From: Phoronis australis
Lineage: Eukaryota > Animalia > Phoronida
NCBI GenBank assembly: GCA_002633005.1
Contig: NMRA01000049.1
Span: 778,321 to 842,320, forward strand
Length of the DNA: 64,000 bases
Direction of reading: 5' to 3'
Shown here one piece after another: positions 13,600 to 24,383 of the stretch. The position numbers were made by a program, and so were the translations under genes. The stretch's first letter is position 1, and every line of letters begins with the position of its first letter. The notes under the pieces are model-generated. The model saw nothing but the letters and a program-made list of their open reading frames with translations. It was not told where the DNA came from and did no database searches.

Positions 13600-15070
13600 A
13601 CCCACATAAAAACACAGAAAGCCTATTAAGTCATTAAACTTTGAGTTTGCTAGTGTGAACCAATGTGGATACTAAATTTATTAAAAAAATATTCAGATCT
13701 AAGTTAAGTGAATACGAATCATAAAGCAAAAATGAAGCACGTTGATTATTAGGTAAGCTGAAAGAAAAAAAAATATTAACACTATTCAAGGAGCCACGTT
13801 TGCAAACATTTGATACGTTTAGAAAATAGTGTTGAAACTTTTGCGAATTAAGGGGTCGTAATTGATTAAAAACTGTTTCTTTGTTTCTGGTAATAGTTGT
13901 TTTACCAGTAGATGGCGTGGATGTATGACGTTCAGATTATAGGTATCTTTTTGACAGCAAGTTTAAGCGATTGAAAACTTCCATTCATGGACTAAATCAA
14001 GATCAGTTTGCAGACGGACAGATTGTCCAGTCTTGTCTTTGGGGTATGAATAAAAGATGCAAGCATCGCCCTCAAACAAATAACATTTACAGAGAAGTAA
14101 GTCAGATGTATCATTAATGAAATTGAGAAATACAAGTGGGCCCAGAACACTACATTGAGTCATCACGGCGTTTATAAAACCTTGAGGGTTTTACTTGACA
14201 ACACACCGTCTACTCTGACCCTAAATTAGGGACAGAAAAGATGAGATCTGATCAATCTGAGCAAAGAGCCGCTAATTCCAAACATAGTTTAATTCAATTA
14301 ATATTAAGTTAATATGGGGTACAACGTCAAATGATGAAACTAAAAGACGGACCTGACATTGTTGCTTTTCAGAAACTCAGAGTGAATATTGTGGATAATT
14401 TTAATTAATTAAGAAACACTGTTTTTCCCAGACAGAAAACACAACTGCAAAGTATGCAATAGTTTGTTTTCCTGCATGTGATTGTATACAGATGAGAAAA
14501 CAATTTTAGTACAACGATTAACCTAACCCTCTCAAAAAGACGTAGATAGCGCATGATGGTCTGAGTAAGCAATAGGGTAAGGGACTTGCATAGAAGCTAT
14601 GAGTGTTGCATAGTTAGCAATTCACAGATCAATCCACGATTTGGACAGACCAGAAATGATTGATTAGCTGCAGATACTGATTAGGCAAGAGGACATCAAA
14701 CAATTCAAGACCGGCTTGATTGTCAATATCATCAACTTATTAGACTTTCTTGCGTGCATTAAAATCACCATGGATTAAATCTGGGATATCAGATCCTTCA
14801 GAGAAGAGACATATTTCCTTCTTCCAACGGGGGTTTGAGGAGACCGGTAAAAAACTCCATAACACAATTTGTTATTTCTGACAAAGATCTCCATCCTGCA
14901 GTTTGAGAGTAGTGGATGAATGGTGTTCGTGAACGATGTCATTCTTAGCAACGGTATGAACATATACATTGAGACCCCTTCCCAGGTTAATGTGATAGGC
15001 AATCGTTTGCCCTGAAATTCAGACATCATATTTTTCAGATCGTCGGGCGTCAAATTGCCGGACTTACATA
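13600..15070 (-). mobile_element. Degenerate non-LTR retrotransposon (CR1/L2-like) ORF2 relic
   Basis: QCSVLGPLVFLNFIND..CYLFEGD resembles the RT motif PQGSVLGPLLFLIYIND..LFADD (14166-13963). GVFYRSP is an AP-endonuclease motif (~14850). Boundaries approximate. Confidence 0.75.
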
Positions 15071-16610
15071 TAGTCCCAATTCAATAAATGCCGTTGACTA
15101 CAGTTTGTTTTAAAATTTCAAACCTGGAAAAGTTGTTTACTCTGGTGCTGTTGATATTTGAGAGTCAGCTGTGTTTTGCTGGGTTTGGATTACACTCAGT
15201 GTCACCACAGCATGAGAGATTTGAAGTATAATACATATTAGAGGCCCTAAAACAGTTGATGGCCTGCCAGAATAGATAATGAAGGTCATATTAACTGATG
15301 ACAACTCTTCTAAAGCTCTGTTATTCCCAGTCACCGTGACACATACGCGGCGATGCAGTACGCCATACATGTATCACCTATGGCAATTCTCAAAGAGCCA
15401 GATAATAATTACAAAAAAATGCTGCGATGAAATCGATAACCCATCTAAACATAAACATTTCAGGCAACAATAAAGCGTTGGCAAGGAATATTATGAGATC
15501 AAGTTTTGAGAGTAGAAGGTTCAATTCGAAATTCGTTTTTATCCAGGTACACAAGCGAACTGCAGGTTTAAAGAGATTCCGTGAAATACCCTAATGTCCA
15601 CTAACCAAGGAGTCACCGGAAATATAATGTAGTGGTGCTTGTAACGTTTCCTTACTATAACGTGAATTTACAATGGAAATATGGCGTACGGCATACCAAA
15701 AATCACAGCATCAAAGATCAGATACCTCTTACGTACGAAAAACAGGGTTCGAAACGGCAAAAATTCAAACTCAATTTTTGTATTCTGGCTAATTGTACAT
15801 TCTGTGGCTATTCCAAAACAATGGAATATCAATTTAGACAAGAAAATTACAAGCACCTGTTTTTGATAAAAGAACCAGCACTACTACGCGAGTTCATGGC
15901 TTCTAGTCGGACTTACGCACTCGAGGTAAAGAACTCGAGGAAACAACATTACATCGCTGGCTCTACGGGAACTTGACAATGAAGTGCACAGTGAATGGCG
16001 AAAACAATGCTTCTTAATAAGTTATCCAATCACTATGGGAATATTGCGAGGTTTTTTGAACTCAACCTTTATTCCTCTGAACTCGGCTACGCTGGGCAGT
16101 GGATGCTGGGGTGATGTTTTATAGTAATGATTAATTGTGATTTAAATGCTGTTAAGGTTTCAATTGAAATAATTTAAATACTTGATTATATTCTGTATTG
16201 TGGGCTAACTGATAATATCAGTGTGATCCTGATGTGGTCTTTGGGAAAGCGTAATCTATCTTGCAAGTTGTAGGATTTTTTTTTTTGGCAATTTGCAATG
16301 TTATCCAACAGAGCTCTGCTCAGACTTAACTATAGGTCACGAGATGTAATCAACATACGGCGTGGAGGAAAACGCATTAAATTCGGACTTAAAATATATG
16401 TTTGAGGTAATAATTTGTCACAGGAGCAACTGAAACACGATGAGAATGACATAAGTGACAAACACAATGTCTGGCATAATGCGTGAAAAGATCGTTAAAA
16501 CAGTGTAATGCATGCAGATTGTCCACTTTATCGTGAAATCTTCTGTACTCCTTAGGATGTCATGTGTTGAATCTATGAGCTGTATCGTTAAATACGTATT
16601 TATTGCAGGT

Positions 16611-19600
16611 ATGGCTAGCGATGATGCTAAGGTGTCTGGTCACGAGAACACTTACCATGGTGAAGTATTCGAAATCAGCCGAGAAGATTGTTCTGTGATA
16701 GCCGACATTGTGTCACTTTTTGGCTACAGCACAGTAGAAGCATTGGTATGTATTGCATATGCAGTACTCGTCCGCTACGAAGGTGCAGACAAACCTCCTT
16801 CTATTTCATTGGCATTTGGCTCTCCTGGACAAGATAAGCATGAAACTGACAAATCTTCTAGGTGGGATAAAGAGGCAACAATCGATGAGGAATATTCAAC
16901 AGCTCTTTTTCCATGTGATGTCAATGGCTCTATTTCAGACATGCTTTTGTCCCAGCGTCTCACGTTTGACAAATGGCCTGAAGCGCAGTCGAAGTTCAAC
17001 CGCAGCAGCCCCAGCGCATACATGGCTTTTGACTTTCCACGCGACTTCAACCGACGCAGTCAATCCAACCAGTATGACGTTAAGCTCAATTTGACCCACC
17101 AGTTCACCGGAGGCTACTCCTGTTCTATGCGACAAAGCACAAAATGCTGCGGTGATCAGGTAGCGAGATTTCGAAACCATTTTCTGACACTGCTTTCGCA
17201 AGTCCACTGTTCTGAAAATATTAACCTACTCAGCACACCAATTCAAACTCTAGAAGAGAAGCGATTGATGGCTAAGTATAACGCAACTGACAAGTTTTAC
17301 GAAAATAGTACATCACCTATGCACGAGCTTTTCGAAGAACAAGCTAGGCATCGTCCTGACGACGTCGCTATTTTTTGCGCTGAACAAAGTCTGACTTACA
17401 AACAACTGGATGAACAATCGACCAGGCTTAGTCATAAAATACTATGCGCCATGGGTAATGCGTTTTCAAGTCGTTTAGTTGGTATAAGCGTTGATGCATC
17501 AATAAATATGGTGATAGGTTTGTACGCCATCATGAAAGCTGGTTTTGCCTACGTACCGCTTGATCCAAGCTACCCCGAGAAACGACTAAGTTACATGATT
17601 GAAAACTCCGAAGTCAGTCTTGTACTTGCCAACCGATCAATGGTTGATTTACTCAGGAATTGTTGCCAGACGGTGCTTTGTCTTGAGGACGTTTTGGTAG
17701 AATCTGCCGAGGAAAGGGTATTCGAAAAACAAATTGTCAACCCCGATTACTTGGCTTACGTAATATACACGTCTGGATCCACTGGGAAGCCAAAAGGTGT
17801 GATGGTGAGTCACCGAAATGCAGTCAACACTCTTCTTGACATCAACGACAGGTACTCGGTGACAGAAAGGGACAAAATACTTTTGGTTGCGTCACTCAGC
17901 TTTGATCTATCAGTTTATGACATATTTGGCATCCTTGCTGCAGGGGGCACACTAGTCATTCCTGTTCCGGAAGTTCGCGGGGTCCCAGACCCCAAATGCT
18001 GGTTTGAAACCATGAGGAAGCACAATGTAACAATCTGGAACTCCGCACCGGCTGTTCTAAGTGTCTTAGTGGAATTTATTCTTTCTGAAGACGATTCGCT
18101 GCCTTTTTCCTTGCGGCTATGCATTCTAAGCGGCGACAGAATACCGCTGAAGCTCCCCACCCAGTTGCAGGATATGGTTCCGGGAATTCAAGTCGTGAGC
18201 CAGGGAGGTGCAACCGAGGGATCAATATGGTCTATTCATTATCCGATACAAACCGTCGACGATGACTGGACGACCATACCGTATGGCATGCCACTTTCCA
18301 ATCAAAAATATTACGTTTTAGACGAATCTCTAAATCCAGTACCTACTTTAGTTAAAGGGGAATTGTTCATAGGTGGAAGAGGTGTAACCATGGGATACAT
18401 AAACAATCCTAAAATTACAGAAGACCAATACTTACCCAGTCCTTTTGTTAAAGGAGAGCGAATCTATAAAACTGGTGATCTAGGCAGATTGCATTCTACA
18501 GGTTACATTGAATTCTGCGGAAGAATTGACAACCAAGTTAAAATACGTGGTTTTCGTGTTGAGCTGTCGGAAATAGAATGGACTTTGATTAACCAAGAAG
18601 GTGTTGCTGACGTATTAGTCCTGAAAGTCCAGGAAAGGCTCGTTGCTTACATCATCTGTGACCAAAATGTTCGTCTTGTCGAAGCCGATCTGCGACAGAA
18701 AATTGCTCTTTATCTTCCGCCATACATGGTCCCTGCGTTTTTTGTATTTATGCATTCTTTTCCTGTAACTGCCAATGGGAAAGTGGATCGGCAGGCGTTG
18801 TCTGAGATAAACTTTAGGCAAAGGAAAGACGAGGACACGGACCCTTCTTTGCCTGAAAAACACAAATTAGTAACCACACCATCCTTTACAGAGAAGGAAT
18901 ACCTTATAGTTCAAGCATGGAGCGAGGCGTTTAATGTAGCTTTAGATGAACTTTCGCCTTCATCATCTTTCTTTGAGGTTGGAGGGGATTCCATCTCTGC
19001 TATGACTGTTGTCTCTGCAGTGCGAAAAAAAGGTTTTCGGATATCTGTGCAGCAGGTTTTGGGTCACCCTAGGCTTTGTCATCTTGCCATGATAGCAAAA
19101 CCAATTGGGAGTGTTCAAAAGAGCAGGGTCGAGGCGGATGAACATTTAACACCTGTTGTTCAACTTACTCCAGCACAAACTTGGTTTTTTAGACAAGAGT
19201 TCAAAAACCCACATTTCTGGAATCAGTCGTTCCTTGTTCAACCAAAGAAAGAAATTAAAGCTTGTCAGCTGAAGGCAGCCTTAAATCGTCTGACTGCTCA
19301 GCACGAGATGTTAAGATGTAGTTACTCTCAAACATCAGATGGTGGCTGGGTACAAAAAATTAACCATATAAAAACTCCGTTTTTTAAAACCAAAACACTA
19401 GAGAACTTCGATGTGCTGAAAGACGAGTTGGATAACTTAAAATCTTCTTTAAACATACACAAAGGCCCACTATTGGCAGTTGGACTGTTTAGTGTTGGCA
19501 ACGTGCAGAAAATTTATGTAACCGTTCACCATCTAGTTGTTGACCTTGTTTCATGGCGTATTATCTTCGAAGATCTTGAAAGAATGTATGAAGGACAAGA

Positions 19601-22600
19601 GACTGAAATGCCGAGCATGTCATTTCAAAAATGGTCATCCCGATTACGGCAAATAACCTTGCCCTTAACGCGTGATGACTGGCCAAAAGACACTGAAGCC
19701 TCACCACTGCCTGTAGATGTGGGAAGTAATCTAATCCCTACGTCTAGCTCTAGAAAGTCAATTGTTACAGAGCTTGATCGCAAAGTAACCGCTGCTTTGG
19801 TGTCATCTGCAAATACTTCTTTCAAAACTAACACCAATGACTTTTTGATCGCATCTCTAATTCTAGCATACAACGAGTCATTTGGGTTGGAGAGTCTTCA
19901 AATTGACGTTGAGGCACATGGTCGAGAGCCATGGGATGACTCCGATGACATTTCAAGGACTGTTGGCTGGTTCATGACAATGTTTCCACTGACGCTGGAA
20001 ATATGTCAGGGGCCATCATATGAGAAAACTATGGAAAATACGCTAAAATTAGTAAAAGAAAAGATTAGAAATATTCCGAAGCGCGGGACGCCATTTTGGC
20101 TTTTGAAATTTTTGAATAATTCAGACGAAACGGAAGTTCAAAAGTCAGACGTACTATTTAATTACTATGGTCGATTCAATCAAATTGAAACTAAAAGTAC
20201 CCTATGGAAATTAGACGATGATTATCCGTGTGGTGATGACGAGTTTAGCTCAGATGAAAAACTGACACACAAGGTTGTCGTTGAATGCAGCCTCAAAGAT
20301 GAAAAACTCCACATGAAGATGTTTTACTGCACTGATATCCATAAACAAAAGACCATTGAGTCGTGGATGGAGAAGTGGAAAGAAAACTTAACCAATCTGG
20401 TATCATACTGTGCAATGGATGACGTCTTTGGCTACACACCATCAGACTTTCCGTTGCTAAAGTTTTCACAGTACCATTTAGATGAGCTGTTGTCTACACG
20501 ACTTCCACAATTAGACATTGCAACCGAACAATTATCCGACATGTATCCGTGTACCGCTGCGCAAGAAGGTTTTCTGTTTAGACTTTTGCAAGATTCATCC
20601 GACTACGTAGTGCACAGGTCATGTATTATCAACGGCTCAGTTGATCAGGGCAAACTGCAAACCTGCGTTTGTAAAATAATTTTAAGACACGACATCCTAC
20701 GAACGCGGTTTATTGCTGACAGATTAAATGGCTGCATGCAGATAGTACTGAAAACATTTGAGCCCCAGTGGACGATTGAAGACTGGTCTGACCTTAAAAA
20801 AAGCGAATGTTCTCAAAGAGAGATTGAATATCTACGGAATGATCGACACTCGGGGTTCAATTTCACAGAGCCAATGCTAAGGTTTGCACTTTTCAGAACA
20901 TGCAAAGAGACATCCCGTTTCATTATAACTTCCCATCACAGTATAGTGGACGCACACACGTGTTCACTGGTTCTTCAGGAAATAATTATGGCGTATAATG
21001 GCGCAGTGCTTCCGGACGCACCGGTATTTAAGGAATACGTCAAAGAATTGATAGACTATAAAACGAGCAGTTACAAAGCAAAGGGCTTTTGGAGAGAAGA
21101 ACTCAACCAGCTACCTGATCGTGGAAACCTTCGTTTCTTGCCCCCAGAGGTTCCCCAAATCGGTTACGATGTTATTCACCACTCAGCTTTGAACGGAAAG
21201 GTGGGTGAAATTCAGAAGTATGCAGAGCGACATGGGATTTTAGTTGCTGCCATGATCTGTGCATCTTGGGCTTACGTAATCAACAAATATTCGTGCGACC
21301 CAAATGACGTCATTTTTGGTTTTGTTGTGTCTGGTCGTGGGACCTCGCATATTGAAAACGTTAACAGGTTAGTTGGAGTAACTACAAATACTTTGCCCTT
21401 CAGAGTAAAGATTCATGACCATCCCGTGGTGGAGTGGCTAGAGTACATACAGAAACAGATGATGGCTATTATTGAACATGAAAAATCATCACTAACAGAC
21501 ATTCAACAGTGGTGTGCATTGAATGCAGATGACGCACTGTTTGATACACTTGTCTCGTATAATGTGATGAACAGGGATACGGAGGTTTCTCTAAAATCTC
21601 ATGGCATTGAGGTCTGCAATATCTATGACCATGAATTTACAGAGTATCCTCTGACATTAGAAATTCTTCACACAACTAATGCTATCGAAATTAAAGCTAT
21701 TTATAACAAAAATATTATCGACGTGGCAGCAGTTGTCCAAACCCTTAATCAGCTAGAAAGAGTCATGTGGTGGATAGCAACTACGTCAGAGGAAACACTG
21801 ATAAGCGAATTTGACATTGTGAGCCCTGAGGAGCATCTCGTGTTAGAAAATTTGAATCCGATAGATAACTATAAAGCCCAACTCGGGCATTTCACAGGCG
21901 TGCAACACCTGTTTGAAATAATGGTCGAACTTAATCCAAAAGAGAAAAAGGCATTAATAATGGACGATGAGTCATTAACCTATAGAGAACTCAACTCAGC
22001 AGCTAATGCTATAGCTATTCGTCTCCGATCTCTTGGCCTTTCACGTGGTGAGAAGGTTGGACTTCTCATTGATCGAGGGATACCCATGGTTGTCGGAATG
22101 CTGAGTATCTGGAAGGCTGGAGGCGCCTTTGTTCCTATAGATGCTGCACAGCCATTGGATCGTGTGTTGTTTATATTAGAGGACTGTGGATGTCGATTTG
22201 TCTTTAACTCCAGTTCCATTGACGCAAAATCGCTACCGCAAAAGCACACTTACATTTGTTTAGATAATCACTGTCTTGCTTCGTTCAAAAACGAAAATGT
22301 GAGTAATCTTGAATGTGTACATGACGCACGAGACCTTGCGTACATGATTTACACCTCGGATACAACTGGGCGACCAAAAGGTGCCATGGTTGAACATGGT
22401 GGGCTAATCAATTCATTAATGTATAAGCCTGGAGGGGTTCTCGAAGTGACTCCTCAAACAAATGTGATGCAGTACTTTGCCGTCGGATACGATGGTGCTG
22501 TCTTGGAGGTGTGGACAACGCTTTGCCATGGTGGATGTCTTTTCATTCCTTCCGGTGATTTCACAAAAACGATGAAGACAGTCGACGCTGTTGGAAGTAC

Positions 22601-24383
22601 ACCGTCTACTTTGGCTATTCTGAACCCTGACGAGTATTTTAACTTAAAACTTGTTTTTGCTGGCGGTGAGCCATGTTCTTCCGCAATGGTAAACTTATGG
22701 GGTAAAAATCGGGTTCTGTTAAACGGCTACGGACCAACGGAATGTAGTGTTATGTCCCACAGTGGTCGTCTGCAGCCGTATAAACGAATTACAGTAGGCA
22801 AGCCTCTACCAAATACCCAAAGTTACATTCTTGACAGTAATCAGCGACCTGTTCCTCCGAACATGACTGGTGAGCTTTTCATTGGAGGAGTCAATGTTGG
22901 AAGAGGTTACCACAATAGACCAGATTTGACAGAGGCTGCTTTCCTTGAAAATCCCTTCGATGCTGGACGAATTTACAAAACAGGTGATTTGGCAAGATGG
23001 TTGGAAAACGGAGAAATTGAAATCATAGGACGAATTGACCATCAAGTCAAATTACGAGGCAAACGTATCAAACTCGAAGAAATCAGGAGTGCTATGGAAC
23101 GTCTCCTGGGTGTCACACAAGCACATGTCCTTGTTCAAGATAAACAACACATCGTAGCATATGCTCTTACTTCCACTGGAGTCAGCCAAGCCGACATCCT
23201 CCTCTCCTTAAAAAAGAAACTTCCCAACTTCATGGTACCAACAGCAATATTTTGCATGAGTAATTTTCCTTTGACAGCAAATAACAAGATTGATCAACAC
23301 TCACTGCCGAGATTTGAGCCCCGAACCACTCATTACAAAGGAGCAAAACCATCTAATAATCTTGATAACTTGATTCTTAATTGTTACAGAGAGGTTGTTG
23401 ACCCAGGTTTTAAAATGGCGGACGATTTCTTTGAGCTTGGTGGGCACTCCCTTTCAGCAATGAGATTAAAATTCATGCTTGAAGACAATACAGGCTTAGA
23501 CATTTCCATGGCCGATGTAATGAACCTCACCACACCGGCTGACCTTGCAGCAGAGCTAAGCAACAGAATGTTGTTTCCACGAAAGAAAGTAAAGTCAATA
23601 TCCATAATACAAAAAACGTGTCCAGTCGAGGGAGACAAGATCATCACAGCCAAAACGTCCTGTCGACAAGAACAAATGTGTTTATTGTACGAACAAATAC
23701 CGAATAGTCCAGTGTATAATGTTACCATAGTTCTTGAATTTCATGGACTCTTGAACGTTGGATTTTTAGAACAATCCATTAAAAACATAACGACAGTGCA
23801 TAGTTCGTACCGAACATCTTTTAAGAGGTCAGGTGACAATTCATTTACTCAAACGGTCACCCCAGTCAAAGACTATAAACTGAATTTTAGGTATTACGAC
23901 TATTCTGGAGAAAGAAGTAGTTTCCAGCAGAAGGCGCGTGAGCTTCTATACAGAGAAGCTGCAACCCCGTTCGATCTTTATTCCGTACCGTTGGCTAGAT
24001 TTGTGCTAGTGAAACTTTCTAACGAAGTTCATCATTTGGGCATATTTATGCACCACGCAATCACCGACGGCGCCTCGCTTAAGATAACCATTGATCACTT
24101 AGCAGAATTCTATTCTTCCTTAGTGAATAATTGCAAGCCAAACATTCCGCAACAGAGATTAAATTATATTGATTACAGCAACTGGGAGAAGAAATTGTTC
24201 GAAAGTGGTGAAATTGAAAGACAAATACAGTTTTGGAAAGAGAAGTTGGAAAACGTTGCCAATAAATTAGACTTACCTATAGATAGAGCACGTCCTGCCA
24301 TTCCAACTTATCAAGGCGAGACTTTGTTCTTTGACATTCCGGACTTTGTCTCCGAAGAGGTGTTGAAGTGCTCTCTAGAATGA
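16611..24383 (+). CDS. Nonribosomal peptide synthetase, open 5' part (2590 aa from ATG 16611): halfC-A1-T1-E1-C-A2-T2-C(truncated by TGA)
   Basis: A1: YTSGSTGKPKG (17766), YKTGDLGR, NGKVDR. T1: FFEVGGDSISA (Ser 18990). E1: HHLVVDLVSW (19527), EAHGRE, SRTVGWF, FNYYG, TPSDFP. C: HHSIVDA (20934). A2: YTSDTTGRPKG (22350), NGYGPTE. T2: GGHSL (Ser 23448). C: HHAITDG (24051). The ORF track starts at 16512, but ATG 16611 follows a splice-acceptor-like tttattgcag. Confidence 0.93.
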   Translation: MASDDAKVSGHENTYHGEVFEISREDCSVIADIVSLFGYSTVEALVCIAYAVLVRYEGADKPPSISLAFGSPGQDKHETDKSSRWDKEATIDEEYSTALFPCDVNGSISDMLLSQRLTFDKWPEAQSKFNRSSPSAYMAFDFPRDFNRRSQSNQYDVKLNLTHQFTGGYSCSMRQSTKCCGDQVARFRNHFLTLLSQVHCSENINLLSTPIQTLEEKRLMAKYNATDKFYENSTSPMHELFEEQARHRPDDVAIFCAEQSLTYKQLDEQSTRLSHKILCAMGNAFSSRLVGISVDASINMVIGLYAIMKAGFAYVPLDPSYPEKRLSYMIENSEVSLVLANRSMVDLLRNCCQTVLCLEDVLVESAEERVFEKQIVNPDYLAYVIYTSGSTGKPKGVMVSHRNAVNTLLDINDRYSVTERDKILLVASLSFDLSVYDIFGILAAGGTLVIPVPEVRGVPDPKCWFETMRKHNVTIWNSAPAVLSVLVEFILSEDDSLPFSLRLCILSGDRIPLKLPTQLQDMVPGIQVVSQGGATEGSIWSIHYPIQTVDDDWTTIPYGMPLSNQKYYVLDESLNPVPTLVKGELFIGGRGVTMGYINNPKITEDQYLPSPFVKGERIYKTGDLGRLHSTGYIEFCGRIDNQVKIRGFRVELSEIEWTLINQEGVADVLVLKVQERLVAYIICDQNVRLVEADLRQKIALYLPPYMVPAFFVFMHSFPVTANGKVDRQALSEINFRQRKDEDTDPSLPEKHKLVTTPSFTEKEYLIVQAWSEAFNVALDELSPSSSFFEVGGDSISAMTVVSAVRKKGFRISVQQVLGHPRLCHLAMIAKPIGSVQKSRVEADEHLTPVVQLTPAQTWFFRQEFKNPHFWNQSFLVQPKKEIKACQLKAALNRLTAQHEMLRCSYSQTSDGGWVQKINHIKTPFFKTKTLENFDVLKDELDNLKSSLNIHKGPLLAVGLFSVGNVQKIYVTVHHLVVDLVSWRIIFEDLERMYEGQETEMPSMSFQKWSSRLRQITLPLTRDDWPKDTEASPLPVDVGSNLIPTSSSRKSIVTELDRKVTAALVSSANTSFKTNTNDFLIASLILAYNESFGLESLQIDVEAHGREPWDDSDDISRTVGWFMTMFPLTLEICQGPSYEKTMENTLKLVKEKIRNIPKRGTPFWLLKFLNNSDETEVQKSDVLFNYYGRFNQIETKSTLWKLDDDYPCGDDEFSSDEKLTHKVVVECSLKDEKLHMKMFYCTDIHKQKTIESWMEKWKENLTNLVSYCAMDDVFGYTPSDFPLLKFSQYHLDELLSTRLPQLDIATEQLSDMYPCTAAQEGFLFRLLQDSSDYVVHRSCIINGSVDQGKLQTCVCKIILRHDILRTRFIADRLNGCMQIVLKTFEPQWTIEDWSDLKKSECSQREIEYLRNDRHSGFNFTEPMLRFALFRTCKETSRFIITSHHSIVDAHTCSLVLQEIIMAYNGAVLPDAPVFKEYVKELIDYKTSSYKAKGFWREELNQLPDRGNLRFLPPEVPQIGYDVIHHSALNGKVGEIQKYAERHGILVAAMICASWAYVINKYSCDPNDVIFGFVVSGRGTSHIENVNRLVGVTTNTLPFRVKIHDHPVVEWLEYIQKQMMAIIEHEKSSLTDIQQWCALNADDALFDTLVSYNVMNRDTEVSLKSHGIEVCNIYDHEFTEYPLTLEILHTTNAIEIKAIYNKNIIDVAAVVQTLNQLERVMWWIATTSEETLISEFDIVSPEEHLVLENLNPIDNYKAQLGHFTGVQHLFEIMVELNPKEKKALIMDDESLTYRELNSAANAIAIRLRSLGLSRGEKVGLLIDRGIPMVVGMLSIWKAGGAFVPIDAAQPLDRVLFILEDCGCRFVFNSSSIDAKSLPQKHTYICLDNHCLASFKNENVSNLECVHDARDLAYMIYTSDTTGRPKGAMVEHGGLINSLMYKPGGVLEVTPQTNVMQYFAVGYDGAVLEVWTTLCHGGCLFIPSGDFTKTMKTVDAVGSTPSTLAILNPDEYFNLKLVFAGGEPCSSAMVNLWGKNRVLLNGYGPTECSVMSHSGRLQPYKRITVGKPLPNTQSYILDSNQRPVPPNMTGELFIGGVNVGRGYHNRPDLTEAAFLENPFDAGRIYKTGDLARWLENGEIEIIGRIDHQVKLRGKRIKLEEIRSAMERLLGVTQAHVLVQDKQHIVAYALTSTGVSQADILLSLKKKLPNFMVPTAIFCMSNFPLTANNKIDQHSLPRFEPRTTHYKGAKPSNNLDNLILNCYREVVDPGFKMADDFFELGGHSLSAMRLKFMLEDNTGLDISMADVMNLTTPADLAAELSNRMLFPRKKVKSISIIQKTCPVEGDKIITAKTSCRQEQMCLLYEQIPNSPVYNVTIVLEFHGLLNVGFLEQSIKNITTVHSSYRTSFKRSGDNSFTQTVTPVKDYKLNFRYYDYSGERSSFQQKARELLYREAATPFDLYSVPLARFVLVKLSNEVHHLGIFMHHAITDGASLKITIDHLAEFYSSLVNNCKPNIPQQRLNYIDYSNWEKKLFESGEIERQIQFWKEKLENVANKLDLPIDRARPAIPTYQGETLFFDIPDFVSEEVLKCSLE

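Noticed and set aside
16512-16610. ORF-track start at 16512
   Set aside because: The first 33 codons have no NRPS character and end in a polypyrimidine-CAG acceptor-like site; ATG 16611 is preferred.
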